A DNA stretch of 64,000 nucleotides, taken from NCBI RefSeq assembly GCF_025526975.1, contig NW_026515674.1, positions 434,001 to 498,000 on the forward strand. Reading direction: 5' to 3'. Made by a program: the position numbers and the translations under genes. The stretch comes from Fimicolochytrium jonesii (Eukaryota). Below the pieces are notes generated by a model. It ran no database searches. It saw only the letters and a program-made list of their open reading frames with translations, and had not been told where the DNA came from. Shown here piece by piece: positions 37,930-49,771 of the stretch (within the stretch, counting starts at the first letter, position 1; every line of letters begins with the position of its first letter).

Positions 37930-39215
37930 CTACGGTTGCAGCAAACTCTTGAGGACTGCTAACAAGTCGTTGCCAGTTTCCCAAAACTTCAAATTAGCCA
38001 CGACCGCATTCTTCGTGTCCTCGGGCACCCGTCTAACCGGGTCTGCATCTGCATCTGAATCGGTATTGGTTTCTGTTTGCGACTTCATCGTCAGCTCCTC
38101 GTTCGGCAGCTTTGCGGATGGTGAGGCTGACAAGATCTTGGCAAGAGCATGACCCGTGCGTGGAAGAACATAATCGGTGCTGTACCAGAAAGTGAAAGTC
38201 ATGTCACTTTTTGAGACCGATGACCACTGTCGAACAGCCCACTTACCGCCTCAACTTTGTACTCGGACACAGATCATTTCGGCCATCTCCGGCGTATATG
38301 ATTTTGGAATACGGTCCATTCTGTGCAATATGATCAAGCAACTGTTGACCTAGGAAGGGTTGTATTATGCAGAACACGAGCCCATGGCCAATAGGTTCAT
38401 CTCCCTCTTTCATTCACCATACCTTTGCATATGTTGACCGCGCACCCATTTGGGCATCCATGCTGCGGTCCGTCAGCCGGAATCAACCGTTTCACCCGCA
38501 AACACCCGATATCGTCGTAGTGTGCTGGGTTGGTGATGATTTTGGAGAAAAGATGCCGGAGATCGTGATGCCGCAGGATAGCTTCGATGGATATCGTGTT
38601 TGCATCAGAGAGGATAATGATCTCGGCGCCTTGGGCATGAGCCAGACGTAGGGCTTCAGCGGTTGCAGGGTTCTGCGGGTTTTTCATGCGACGTTGTACA
38701 TGAGTGACTTGGCAAGCTACTTCCTTCGCAAAGTTCTTCGCACCAACTTACGAACGGTATGTTCCGCCATGTGTTCATGACATGGAGGGCTGGGATTCCA
38801 AGTTCATACAACTCTTGATGGAGTTGATTCTGCACAAACCGATTCATAAGATACATATGATCAGCGCAACTGTACGCCTTCAGATAAAAGAGATGGAGAC
38901 CAACGTACGTTCAGATCTGTCCATTGGACAGTTTTGTGGAGACTAAGGAGCTAAGCGGGGGGGAACCCAGGGGTCAGTCGGAAGCTGACAGGCACAGATT
39001 TCCCTTCAACAAATATACTTTTTCCAGTGTCGGTGGTGAAAGGGTGGCATATACATAGCGATCCGTGTCTTCGTCGACCAGTGTCCTATAGGCGGGATAT
39101 GTAAGGGTCGGCTCACCTCACCACGTACAAGATGCGGACGACTCCCATAAACTCACCAGTCAAAGTCAAAGGCAATAAGAGTCTTAGTTGTGCCGTTCCG
39201 GCTGCTTTCGCTCAT
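37930..39215 (-). CDS. PHOSPHO1/2-like HAD phosphatase (pyridoxal-phosphate phosphatase family)
   Basis: HAD motif I AFDFDW|TLVDEDTD, ILSDANTISIEAIL, IITNPA, CAVNICKG, YAGDGRNDLCP, FWETG. Confidence 0.9.
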
Positions 39216-39780
39216 GGTTGACCCCGTCACCCACCGTGGTCGTGCGTTGCTTTATATGGCGCGGACTGAAGGTTGTCGTCGGAGTATTGGACAATGGGTG
39301 GGCATCGGCTGAGGACCGTCAAAGGCTAGCGGAGGAACTTCCTAGAATATCATACCAGATCGCCCTGTATAGACGCCCGTTGTACGAGTCTCTCACTTCT
39401 ACGCCGGTGCGAATTGAACTCGTCGGACCTCGACTGGAAAACGTTGTGAAAGCAGTGGCAGCCGCGCAAGTTGGAGGCGTGACTGACAGGGTGCGCGTCC
39501 CAGCGCATCTGTGACATAACAGACCTGATAACAGACCTCCGACGTAAAGAGTTGAACGGCTGGCTGATATCTTGCTTTTGCTAATGCGAGATTGGACTAC
39601 TTTGTCATATTTATAGGAAAAACTGGTTTTATCTTTGTGCGTTATGTTTAGAAGTCCCTCAACTGACTGGCTGATGGGTCCAAAAACGTTTTATTCCGTA
39701 TCACCTATTTACTGCCATCTTCATCGGGCAGAACGTCAGAAAGATATACACGTCAAGCGGTACAATGAAAGTGGGCGTGG

Positions 39781-40526
39781 ATGGCCCCCTTTGAAGCCCA
39801 AAAGAACCAAAAAGAAGACTTTCCGAGCAGCCAGCATCGCATAGAGCGGTTCAAAGAATTGCTCACCATGTTTGAGCTCTGCAAGTTATTGCGGAACAAG
39901 CCAGGAGATGCGGCGTCGATCAGGGTCTATGTAGTATTTTGGCCGACCGGGAAACGTGCACCAGCTTTCGGGCAGGCAGCGGCGCCACCCGCCAGTGCGT
40001 GGGCAGAAGATTGTTAATCAGCAGTGGATCAACTGTTGGCAGATATCCAACGCTGCTCTGGCCTACCGGACGGCCATGTCATTGCCACAAGTCGACGAAC
40101 CACGATGGAATCACAGAGGACATCGTTGCGTGGACCAAGCATCTGGGTGGGCCTCAGAAGTGCTGGGAACCATCGTCCGCCTGACTGCATTCGAGGATCC
40201 GACGGCGGCGATGGAGTCCACCGCTGGACAACTCGGATCTACGACAGACTCTGCGTCGGAGTCCGAGAGAAAGCGGGCGTCACTGTACGCGTTCAAGATT
40301 CTCGTCCAGGAAGCGTGGATGTGGAATGGCTCGGGCCTCGAGAAGAGAGCGTTCGATCAGAAGGGCAAGGGAAAGGCGGTTGCTCAGTGGCACTGGTGAA
40401 GATGGAGCTTCGTGGATGGAGTCCTTTCTGAGTCCTATCGCGTTTGATGTGCTCAAAGGTAGCGCCGCCGGAGAGGAACTTTTGGAATTGGGAAACCCGA
40501 ACACGGCATTGGATGGGGAGATTTGA
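39781..40526 (+). pseudogene. Possible degenerate or unresolved coding remnant
   Basis: Three overlapping protein-like ORF pieces in shifting frames (39781-40017, 39956-40399, 40326-40526) with no convincing introns to join them; no family recognised. Confidence 0.25.
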
Positions 40527-40825
40527 GAACGATTGATTAGGCGGCGTAGATCCGTAGATATATACTGTAATGTAGAGCGGATCTATTCATGCTAGTTGTT
40601 CCGTTGTGCTGTCCATATTCATATCCTGTCGGAGTCGTGGTGAGCTGGTCTGTTGGTGGCGCGTGACGAATCACTTTGCTTAGCTTTGCTTCCCACTGAC
40701 GAAGAGTTCCATGGCCAGCACGTCGCCGTGTTGACATTTTGACCGCACAGCTTCGGCCGCCACTGATTTGCTTTATTCGTCGTTACGCTCCAGGGGTCGT
40801 ATCTTTGTTTTTATCCAGCAGCACA

Positions 40826-42343
40826 ATGAGTGGATTCGGAGGAGCACGCACGATATCGAGAAACAGTCGACTGTTCAAGGTTTGCACATTGGCTGTTATA
40901 CTGTTTTCAAACCCCTCAAGCTGACCTCTCTTTCGGGTCTCTGTCGCTCAGGCAGCAGCAGCAACAGTTCGGAGGAAGCAACAACTTCGAGCACACTCCG
41001 CCGTGGCTTATGCGACTGTCTCCCCAGCTCCGACGACCGGACACGAAGACGAACTGCAGCTGAACCATGATAACGTAGTAGATGCAGCTATAGGTGGCAA
41101 GCGGCAGCTAGCGAGGGAAAGGCTACAGGCTATTGAGAAAGTCCGCCCTATGCCGTCAAGTCTCATGGACACCTTTGGCCGGCACCACTCCTATTTACGA
41201 ATAAGCCTGACAGAAAAGTGCAACTTGCGATGTAAGCCGTTTCAAACACTGTCGTTCCTGGCTGGTACGCTTACTCGGTTGTATCTCGCTTTCGTGATCA
41301 GGTACCTATTGTATGCCCGCGGAAGGTCTGCCTCTTACGCCTAAGAACCATATGCTGACAACGCCGGAGATTTTGCGGCTGGCCCGTATGTTCGTCGAAG
41401 AAGGCGTCACGAAGATACGTTTGACGGGGGGTGAGCCGACTGTGAGGAGAGACCTCATGGATGTAATCTGTATGTGGACTGCGGAGGCACATGGGGCTCA
41501 ATGCGGCCAGATGTCTCATTTCCCTAATTATTCTTATAGCCGGTCTGAATGAGCTGCGTCCATTGGGACTGAAGGCAATCGGAATTACAACGAATGCCAT
41601 CGCCCTGAAACGGAAACTGCCGATGCTGAAGGCTAACGGATTGGATCAGCTCAACATCAGCTTAGATACCCTTGACGCGCATAAGTTCGTCTTGATGACC
41701 AGAAGACCAGGTACGGAGGGTTGTCATATTTTGCGTTGAATTGTGGTTACTGACGGCCGCGGCAACAGGTTTCCAGAATGTCATCGACTCGATAAAGGAG
41801 GCCGTCGCCCTCGGCTTCGAACCAGTGAAACTCAACGCGGTGGTCATAAAAAACGTGAACGATGACGAAGTTGTAAAGTTCATCGCGATGACAAAAGACC
41901 TCCCGATCTACGTACGCTTCATCGAGTATATGCCCTTCGGCGGCAACCGATGGAACGAAGAAAAGTTCGTATCCTACAAATCGATGCTAGAGATGATCAA
42001 AGCCGAGTACCCCACCGTAGACAAACTGGACGACGCGCCAAACGACACCTCCAAAGCATACGCCGTACCTGGCTTTGCAGGCAAATTTGGGTTCATCACA
42101 TCCATGAGCGAGCACTTCTGCGGGACTTGCAACAGGCTGCGATTGCTGGCCGATGGGAACTTGAAGGTGTGCCTGTTTGGAAACTCGGAAGTCAACTTGC
42201 GGGACGCTTTGAGGAGTGGGGTTGATGACTCGCTGTTGCTGGAGACGGTCAGCGCGGCTGTGAAGAGGAAAAAGGCGCGGCATGCGGGGATGTTTGAGTT
42301 GAAGAATATGCCGAATCGGCCGATGACGATGATTGGTGGCTAG
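40826..42343 (+). CDS. MOCS1A: GTP 3',8-cyclase MOCS1A/MoaA (radical SAM, molybdenum cofactor biosynthesis)
   Basis: [27 protein letters not shown] (CxxxCxxC), [41 protein letters not shown]-terminal IGG*; Arg-rich presequence. Confidence 0.95.
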
Positions 42344-43315
42344 ATTCGGATGTGGTTGGGGTCCCGAGTGAAGGATCCTGGAAGCCGCCGCTAGTCGAAC
42401 TATACTAGGTTCCGCATATCGGCACACAACTGCGCTTTCCACCATCACCGGTGCTCAATCGCCGTGGCGAAAGTAGCTCGCCGAACCGAGATGAGATGGC
42501 GAGTCGCGTACTGGATGGAGGGATGGGAGCAGCAAATGGAATCTTGGGTCGCGCAGAGCGAGCTGCATCCCACCAACACCCATGAATTGAGCCGTTACTC
42601 GCCCGAGAAAGACTTTAGGTCGTTTCACGCTCTGCGTCTTCATCCTGGTGGGAACGCACTTTAAGCCTCTTCCCACGAAAGGGCAAACGACTGCTGGATA
42701 TCCTCATCGCATCATCCCACCCGCACCTTAGTTGGCCCTTCCTGCGATGCTTGGTCCCCGCGGCCTTTCTCTTGAGACGTACTTCAGCAGCATAGCTTTG
42801 ACCGTAGGGACATCTAACATAGCTCCCTTTTTGGTATCAATAGTCGATTGGAATAGGATCGGGATGGCTGTTAAGGACATTTGCTGCAAATGTATTGATT
42901 GCCAACCTAATGGTATGCCGTCTGATTGTGAAGCGGTCATTACGGAGGCGGCAAATACAAATGGAGGGCAACGGGAGGGCAACGAAAGGACAAATGCACT
43001 TTTCGCGTCTACTTCAGAGAAGAAAACTTGGATACCTTCGGATTTGGCATTTGGGGCATAAGAGCCTTCTCCATATGTTCTATGTACTCGATGTCTGTAA
43101 CTTTACGCCGAAGTCCATAGCTACAATATATCCTTTCGGTGGGGTGGGTTAGACTGAAGTGTAATCTGGTATCTAGGGCTATCTAACATTGTACGCCGTC
43201 ATGGAGGATGTCAGTGACCGGTGGCACCAGACCCTCTCCGGTCCCTATAATCTCTCGAGAGTGAATCCTCAAGGCAGAGGTATCGAAGCTCTGTCAAGGC
43301 CACCGAACTCTTGCC

Positions 43316-45174
43316 TCAAGCGAAAGCAGCTGGCTGCTCAGCAGCCGCCCCCGCGCTCCCCAAATACGCCCCCGGCATCATCCCCTCCGTATTCCTCGTC
43401 AGATTCCTAACATAAACCCACCCATCCCTGAACATCCTAACCATAAACAGCGAGTCGCCAATAGCCGCCTCCACCTCCTCGGGCGATCTTGGCCGATGCG
43501 GGTGCGTGCATACAAACATTTTGGTTGGATTCAGCAGCGCGGGGTCGGAGAAGTAGTCGTTTGAGCCTGTGGAAGGGGCTGAGGAGGGGACGTTGACGAC
43601 TGCGGCGCGCATGTCGGAAGGTGTGCCGGGGGTGCCGGCGGTCTGTAAAGCGGCGTGGTGGTACTGGGATCCTTTTGTTGATGATGATGACTGCGGGGCT
43701 GTTTGGGCGGCTGTTTCATGATGGGCGCGGAGCCTGGCTTTTTCGACGGAGGCCGAAGCGTAGCCTTGGCTCGAGCTGGCCGCGCTAGCCACTGCAAAGC
43801 CAGCCGATGCGCTGCTGGCTGGACGCGTTTCATAGACGGTGTTGCCGGTGGCATTGGCGTAACTGGGAGGAGCGCGTGACATGGATGCTAGCTCTTCGTG
43901 TTCACTTCCGGAACTCATTGTCGTAGGCGTGCGCCAAGCGGACTGTGATGAGGATGCGGCCTGTGCCTGGTGATACTGACTGCCGTCATAAACCTGGGAC
44001 GACTGTCCGTCAGAGGCCACAGAGGGAGCAGATGTCGCGGCCGAAAGGCCCTGTGCCTGATGATACTGAGTGCCGCCGTAATTAAGACAAGCTGGTTGGG
44101 GACTCGGGATAGATCCATGATCGTGAGAGCCCGCAATAGACGACCCGGATGGATTGTAAAAGTGCGTTGAGCCAGTCATAAGTGCCGCCGTTGAGTGATT
44201 GTTGGTCACAAATTGCATGTTGGTTTCCTCATTTGAGCGGAACTCATTTTGTTGCAATTTCAGGTTCTTCCGGCGTCGACGATTTCGAATCAACACGGCA
44301 CTGACGGCGCAGATGAGAAGAGACAATCCCACCACCACCGCGACGATGACTATGATCATCGTCTTGGAAATGGTGTCTTTGACTCCATTTATGAATTTGT
44401 CAGTGGGGATTCCTGTGCTGGTGGCAGCACTGGAGCCACCAACAGCTGTCGGGCCCAAGTTCCCTGCGCTTCCTGCTGCTGCCACACCGGGCGTCACAAC
44501 AGCTCCACTTCCTTGGCCAAGTGGGCCAGAGGTCACCGCCGCGATGGGTGCCCCTGTAGTACCACCAGCGGCGTTCGGGGTAGTAGGACTTCCAGGAGCG
44601 GAAATAGGTGCGGCGGGACTCGGAGCAACTGGAGCGCCTGGACTTGGGGCAGGTGAATTGGGAGCCGCTGGATTTTGGGCAGGTGAATTGGGAGTGGTTG
44701 GGTTTTGAGCAGGGGGATTTGGAGTGGTTGGATTTTGAGCGGGGGGATCGGGAGTCGTTGGATTCTGGGTAGGTGGATTCGGAGCGACTGGACTTGGGAC
44801 AGGTGGGTTAGGAACTGCTCGAGTTGGGGCAGGTGTACTGGGTCCTCCTGGACTATTCGGATCTGTTTCAGGAGTGGGTTGATGAGCGAGGGAAAAGGAG
44901 AAAGCAAGACAAGGGCTACAAAGACAGGATTATAGTCCTCACCAGCGTCTTCGGGCCCGAAAGCGCAATGCCCGGGCATGTCCCACTTGCAGCCGTATCG
45001 ACAACGCTCAATGATTTCCCATTTCCCGGGCAATCCAGTGCACGCAATAACCGTAGGCCCGGTGCATCGCACGCTCTCGAAGTCACAGGCGTCTCCGGGA
45101 TTTTGCGCTGCGACTCGCGATGCAGCTGAGACGAGTAGAGCACCTGCCACCAGGGCAAGGTGCGGTACTCTCAT
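43316..45174 (-). CDS. Single-pass receptor-like protein: signal peptide, six-Cys module, Pro-rich repeat stalk, TM, SH3
   Basis: Signal peptide, module CDFESVRC..IAC..KWEIIERCRYGC..HC, one intron, PNPPAQNPTT repeats, TM IIVIVAVVVGLSLLICAVSAVLI + RNRRRRK, SH3 HPHRPRSPEEV..GDSL..FRDGWVYVRN..EGMMPGAYL. Confidence 0.82.
44633..44812 (-). repeat. Coding 30-bp tandem repeat, 6 degenerate copies
   Basis: PNPPVPSPVA / PNPPTQNPTT / PDPPAQNPTT / PNPPAQNPTT / PNSPAQNPAA / PNSPAPSPGA. Confidence 0.85.
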
Positions 45175-45604
45175 GTTGCGGGAATGCGAGAGACGTCTTA
45201 CTTCAAGTTCTTGGGAAGCGAGGACTTTGGCCGTTGCGGGTTGAGTATTTCAGCAAGTGGTCTCTCTGTCGTCGCCGTGCGAGTCCGCAACAACAATTCC
45301 TCCGACTGTTCCTCTGGCGTCGTCTGCATGTTGTAGTGGTTACACCTGCAAGTTGTTGCGGGCTGCATGGCAAATATGCAGTTGGCGTGGGAGAGAATTT
45401 TGTGCAGCGGACGAGTCAAAGTTGGCGCCCGTGCTGCGATCCTGAAGGCTGAGATGAATCCATGGGCAACACGCAGATCACTCATCGGCGTCTTCCAAAT
45501 TCCCCAGATTCCCAACCTGCGGGCAACTCCCCAAGGTATCAACATCATCTCATCAAAGGAATAGTAGGAATACAGGCTCATTGTCTGCCACCTCTTGGTT
45601 CAAT

Positions 45605-48135
45605 ATGGGACGTCTTCCGGCCTTCATAGCCGATAGTTACAAGCGCTACAAGTCGGACACAAACAGGCTCGTCAAATGGCTCGTGGTCAACTCCAGAAAA
45701 CTCGGACTTGTCGTAAAGGCAAAGGCCGCCGCAAAGCCAGCTCGTCTCAAAGGCCGGGACCGGAAGCTAGCCCGCGAATCTGGCACTCAGAAACCCTCCA
45801 CTGGTGAAGCACGTCCGTGCATCTTGACCGTGGATCAGATCTCGGATATGGCCAAGCTCATCGCCGATGCCAAAGTCGCAGTTCCCGCCTCTGTACTCGT
45901 GGTGGCTCGCCGCGCCATCAAGGTGCGCAAAAGCTGTGCGCAATGGTTCAGCCGAGCCGGGAGAAGCACCAAGAAGCTGGAGAAAGATGGGGGTCACTGG
46001 CACTTTATCGAGGTGCTGGAAACGGTTCTTTCGCTCTTACTGCCGTTGAAAGCGAATGATGCGGTACCATCGAAAGTCAACGAAACCGCCGATGTTCCTC
46101 TGAACTCATTCCGGCACGATGATATGGAGCTCAGCCAGGCTATCGACACGGAGAATAAATTCGCTGCTTTGGATATGGAGGACGTCAATGACGATTTCGA
46201 CGCGTCTCAGGTTGAGGTCGATGAGGCCACCATGGCCGATAAAGAGACATACGAGGTGGAAAATGAAGACGACAGCGGAGAACTTCTCTTTGCCATTTTC
46301 AGCCTGTTCCAGGACTTGCACAATATTCGGGAGTTTTTGCAACAGACTTGGGCCGAGTTCCGAGATGGCACGATTGATTTGATATCCGCCTCCGTCACTA
46401 CCAACACGGCGATTGACTTGGTGCGTGATATCCAGGATGATATATCCAAGTTCCATCCTGAAGTCACCGATTACGATATGGCGTCGAAGCTCTTCTACTT
46501 ATATGCCTGCATGTCTCGCGGAGAAGACCCGACCAATATAAAACATCGGGAGGACATCGTGAATCTCCAAATGATCGATGTGGCAGAGTTCCTGTACATG
46601 CCCATACACTCGAACTTGGAATCCCTCGCCCAAGTCATCCAGCCTAATCAGTTCCCCTGGTATAACGGCCAGTTTGGCAAGTACAACCCGCTTGCCAAGA
46701 GAGAGGGTTACAATCATCGAGAGCGGCTGTGGGAGGATCGACTTATCCTGATGGAAGCCATGCCGGAGTTGGTCTTGTACGCCCGCTTCAATGTAGATGA
46801 CCCCTTAAAGGATGAATTCACAAAGGAGTTCGGGGAGTTTGCACGAACCAAGAAAATTCCCTTGGTCTTGGTGTTCGCCACCCAGATTTTCATCGACATC
46901 CACCATATCCTCCGCGAGCGTGCCGGCCTCGGCGCGACGCTGCTTCGTCTGGCTGGATCCCGCGTCGAGGACTCTCTGAAGAAAAGCTCTGCCGAGACTC
47001 CCGCAAATCATCCGAGAATATGGCCTAAAGATCACGAGGATGGCGTCAAACACTTTCAGAGTTGGATCAATGTCTGGATAATCAACGACCGACTGAAAAC
47101 TGAAACGCAAAGATTGATTTCCCCTTTGGGAATCGAAGCGGAAATGCGCCCCTTTTCCCTGTATAATAGGTAAGACTCAGGAGTATACTCCATCTCAAAG
47201 CACATGCTGTACTTTTCAGCTCGACTCTGCCTAATCAATTTCCTTGATCAATCCTGTACTTGGCTTTAAGGCATCCAATGTTGTGTGGCCTGATACTCTT
47301 CAAATTGCAACTCCATGCCCAGCACCTAGGGATGGTCCTGGCCAGCGCCTGGGGCAGCATCATTTACACCGCGCACCTTTACGAAGCCTGCAAGTACTCT
47401 CACACCCTGAACGGCAAAGAATGGAAAGACATGGAATTTGTCATGGCCGCGAACGGGAAAGAGCGCATGTTCAAAGGCCGCGTCCCCACAAACCCGACCG
47501 AATCGCTCAAGAGCTTCAACTACATGGTCGGCTGGTCACCATTGGGGATCGCGGGGACGGACCGGTCGGCGCAAATCCGCAAACGCGGGCCTCTCAAGGG
47601 ATCCGCAAAAGGTCCCACGGGCTTGGAGGAGAATTCCCCCATCTCGATCCTGTTCCGCGACCGGATCTGCTACAACAAGGAAAGCGTTTTTACTGTCGAG
47701 GCGGTGGACCGGCTGCTCCGCGAGTCGATCAAGACGACGCTGCCGTATAACTTCCAGCGTAGCTGGAGCCAGGCGCAGAAGATGACGCCCTTGCAATTAC
47801 TCGTGACCCTTCGAGCCGGTCTCTTCGAGGAAAAGCATAAGCTTCGCTTTGACTATATCCGCATGCATACCCGCTGTCAGGCAGTGCTACGGCAGCTTCA
47901 TGAAGAGCTTGACCCTATTTTCACGGAATGTTTTGGATCTACGTATATGGAGAATGAGGGACAGTTGGCGTGGATTGCTGGGTGGGTGTTTTTATTGCTT
48001 GCTGAATCGGATGCGGTGCGTGGCAAGACGACCGGAGTGGGGAGAGAGAGGATTATGGCCATTTGCGGGGAGGTGATGGAGAAAATGACTGACGTTGAAG
48101 GTGACTATGAATGTAAAGCTTTAGCTAGATGTTAG
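45605..48135 (+). CDS. DUF6604-like fungal protein (2 exons)
   Basis: YKRYKSDTNRLVKWL, ARLKGRDRKLAR, RRAIKVRK, HWHFIEVLE, NKFAAL, ASVTTNTAIDL, QIFIDIHHILR, HPMLCGL, AWGSIIYTAHLY, FDYIRMH; intron near 47170-47270. Confidence 0.75.
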
Positions 48136-48528
48136 TTCTTGTTGAGTAGAGTACCTGCAGGGTAGATGAAATAGAGCTGCCGGTGTATGAATTCGCGTTC
48201 CTGCGTCGCACCTGCGACCACACACATCAAAATCGACGCCCTGGTGGCTACCTCCGCTCCAGCCACTTTCGAAATGGAAAGTCACGAAATAAGGCCTAAT
48301 CGACAGCAAGAGTGTATGTTTTGTATACATTGCACAGCGGGGTTCACGCGATTGTAATAGGTGAATCTATGTAGGGAAGGCGGGCTGATTCTACGCTAGG
48401 TACTGTAGTAGGAGCGAGGCCAGGGTTCAGGGGCGGCCACCGCGGTGAAAGGATGATGAACGGTTTGAGAAAATGAGTGGGGATTCCGTCCGAGAATGGG
48501 CTGCGTGATGGTCGCAGGAGAGGAAAGT

Positions 48529-49356
48529 TCAGTTCCTTCCAGCGATTCCATTGTTCAGGCCAAAAGCGGGGCGTATTCGTGCATACTGATCCTTAACGGC
48601 TGCGTTTCCTTCAACAAGCCCACAATCAAAAGCTATCCTTCCTGCGAAACAAATGTCCTAGCACGCGCCGGTCATATCGCTCTCATATTCCCCAGATGTC
48701 GCGCAAAAGTTGCAGCACGAGAACCGTTGAGATTCCGTCCTTACTCGAACCGAGCCTTTCGTCGACCTCCTGAAGCGGGAGTTATACATCGGTTCCAACT
48801 TAGGTTCATCATGTTCCTCTTCATCGAACTCATCATCAAAAGGTTCCGGGGAGCGTCGTCTCTTCCTCGGCGCCGGTTTCTTCTCCCTGTAGCCCATCGT
48901 CTCCACTTCTCCAGGGTGCTGACAGCGCTTAAGGTGAGAATGGTACATCGCTCCAACTTCATCCATCGTATCTTCCCCTAATGCCGCAGCTTCTTTCCCC
49001 TGAGTCGGTTCGCTGAGCTCCTCCTCCCGCGTATCCCGTGTGTGGATCCATTCCGCTGTTTTCCCAGTGAACTCCTCATAAGCATCTTTGAAATCTTCTA
49101 ATCGGCCTCGCAGGAGGCCTAGTATTCTGGTTTTGGCGATCTCGGATATATTTTGCAATCTTTTTTCGATGGTGTTGTAGCAGGTGTCGATTTCTTCCAC
49201 GAGGTCACGGCTGGAATCTGGGGGTTCAGTGCAGGGCCGCAGGGCCAACTGTGCCGACCACGGCAGAACGAAGGCACACTACCGTTCCAGAAAATCCTCC
49301 TCTGCTTCCTCCGCTCGTGCCTTGATTCTCGCAGAACGTCTCAGTGGGGTGGTCAT
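48529..49356 (-). CDS. Hypothetical small nuclear protein (RRSAR motif, NLS)
   Basis: Spliced: MTTPLRRSARIKARAEEAEEDFLER|RDLVEEIDTC..PRKRRRSPEPFDDEF..GSVR|DICF..GRN*; GT-AG introns keep the frame; last exon uncertain. Confidence 0.5.
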
Positions 49357-49771
49357 TTCGAAGACTTACTGGTGTCACAAATGCGCTCCAGAAGGTACGA
49401 GTCTGCAATGCAGATTAGGGTGCTGGTCAAGCCAGGGTCGAGATGGTGCCCAGGATGGTGCCCGGCATTCACAGAAAGGGACGCGAGATTCCCCAAGGCG
49501 ATCACGTGACTGTAATCCTCGAGTGCTGCTGTGGGCGAGTGCGTCGGTTCCCGGAAAAGCGGAGGAACGAGAAGCGTCCAACACCACCCACCCACGCCTT
49601 GGAGATCTCGCTGCTTGATTTGGTGAGAGGAAACAACGGGAGGACTAGGACTACACAGGCAGAGAGGTACAGTACAAAGCCGTTGGTTCTGATCAGCATC
49701 GGGCCCCGTCGCACAACTCAAGCGTCGCTTTCACTATCGATCTGAAGGCGTTCCGAAGCAGAAACGACGAG

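Noticed and set aside
42464..42664. Short ORF with chromodomain-like W/Y spacing (YWMEGWEQQMESWVAQSEL)
   Set aside because: Weak resemblance, non-ATG start, and no integrase, RT or LTR nearby.
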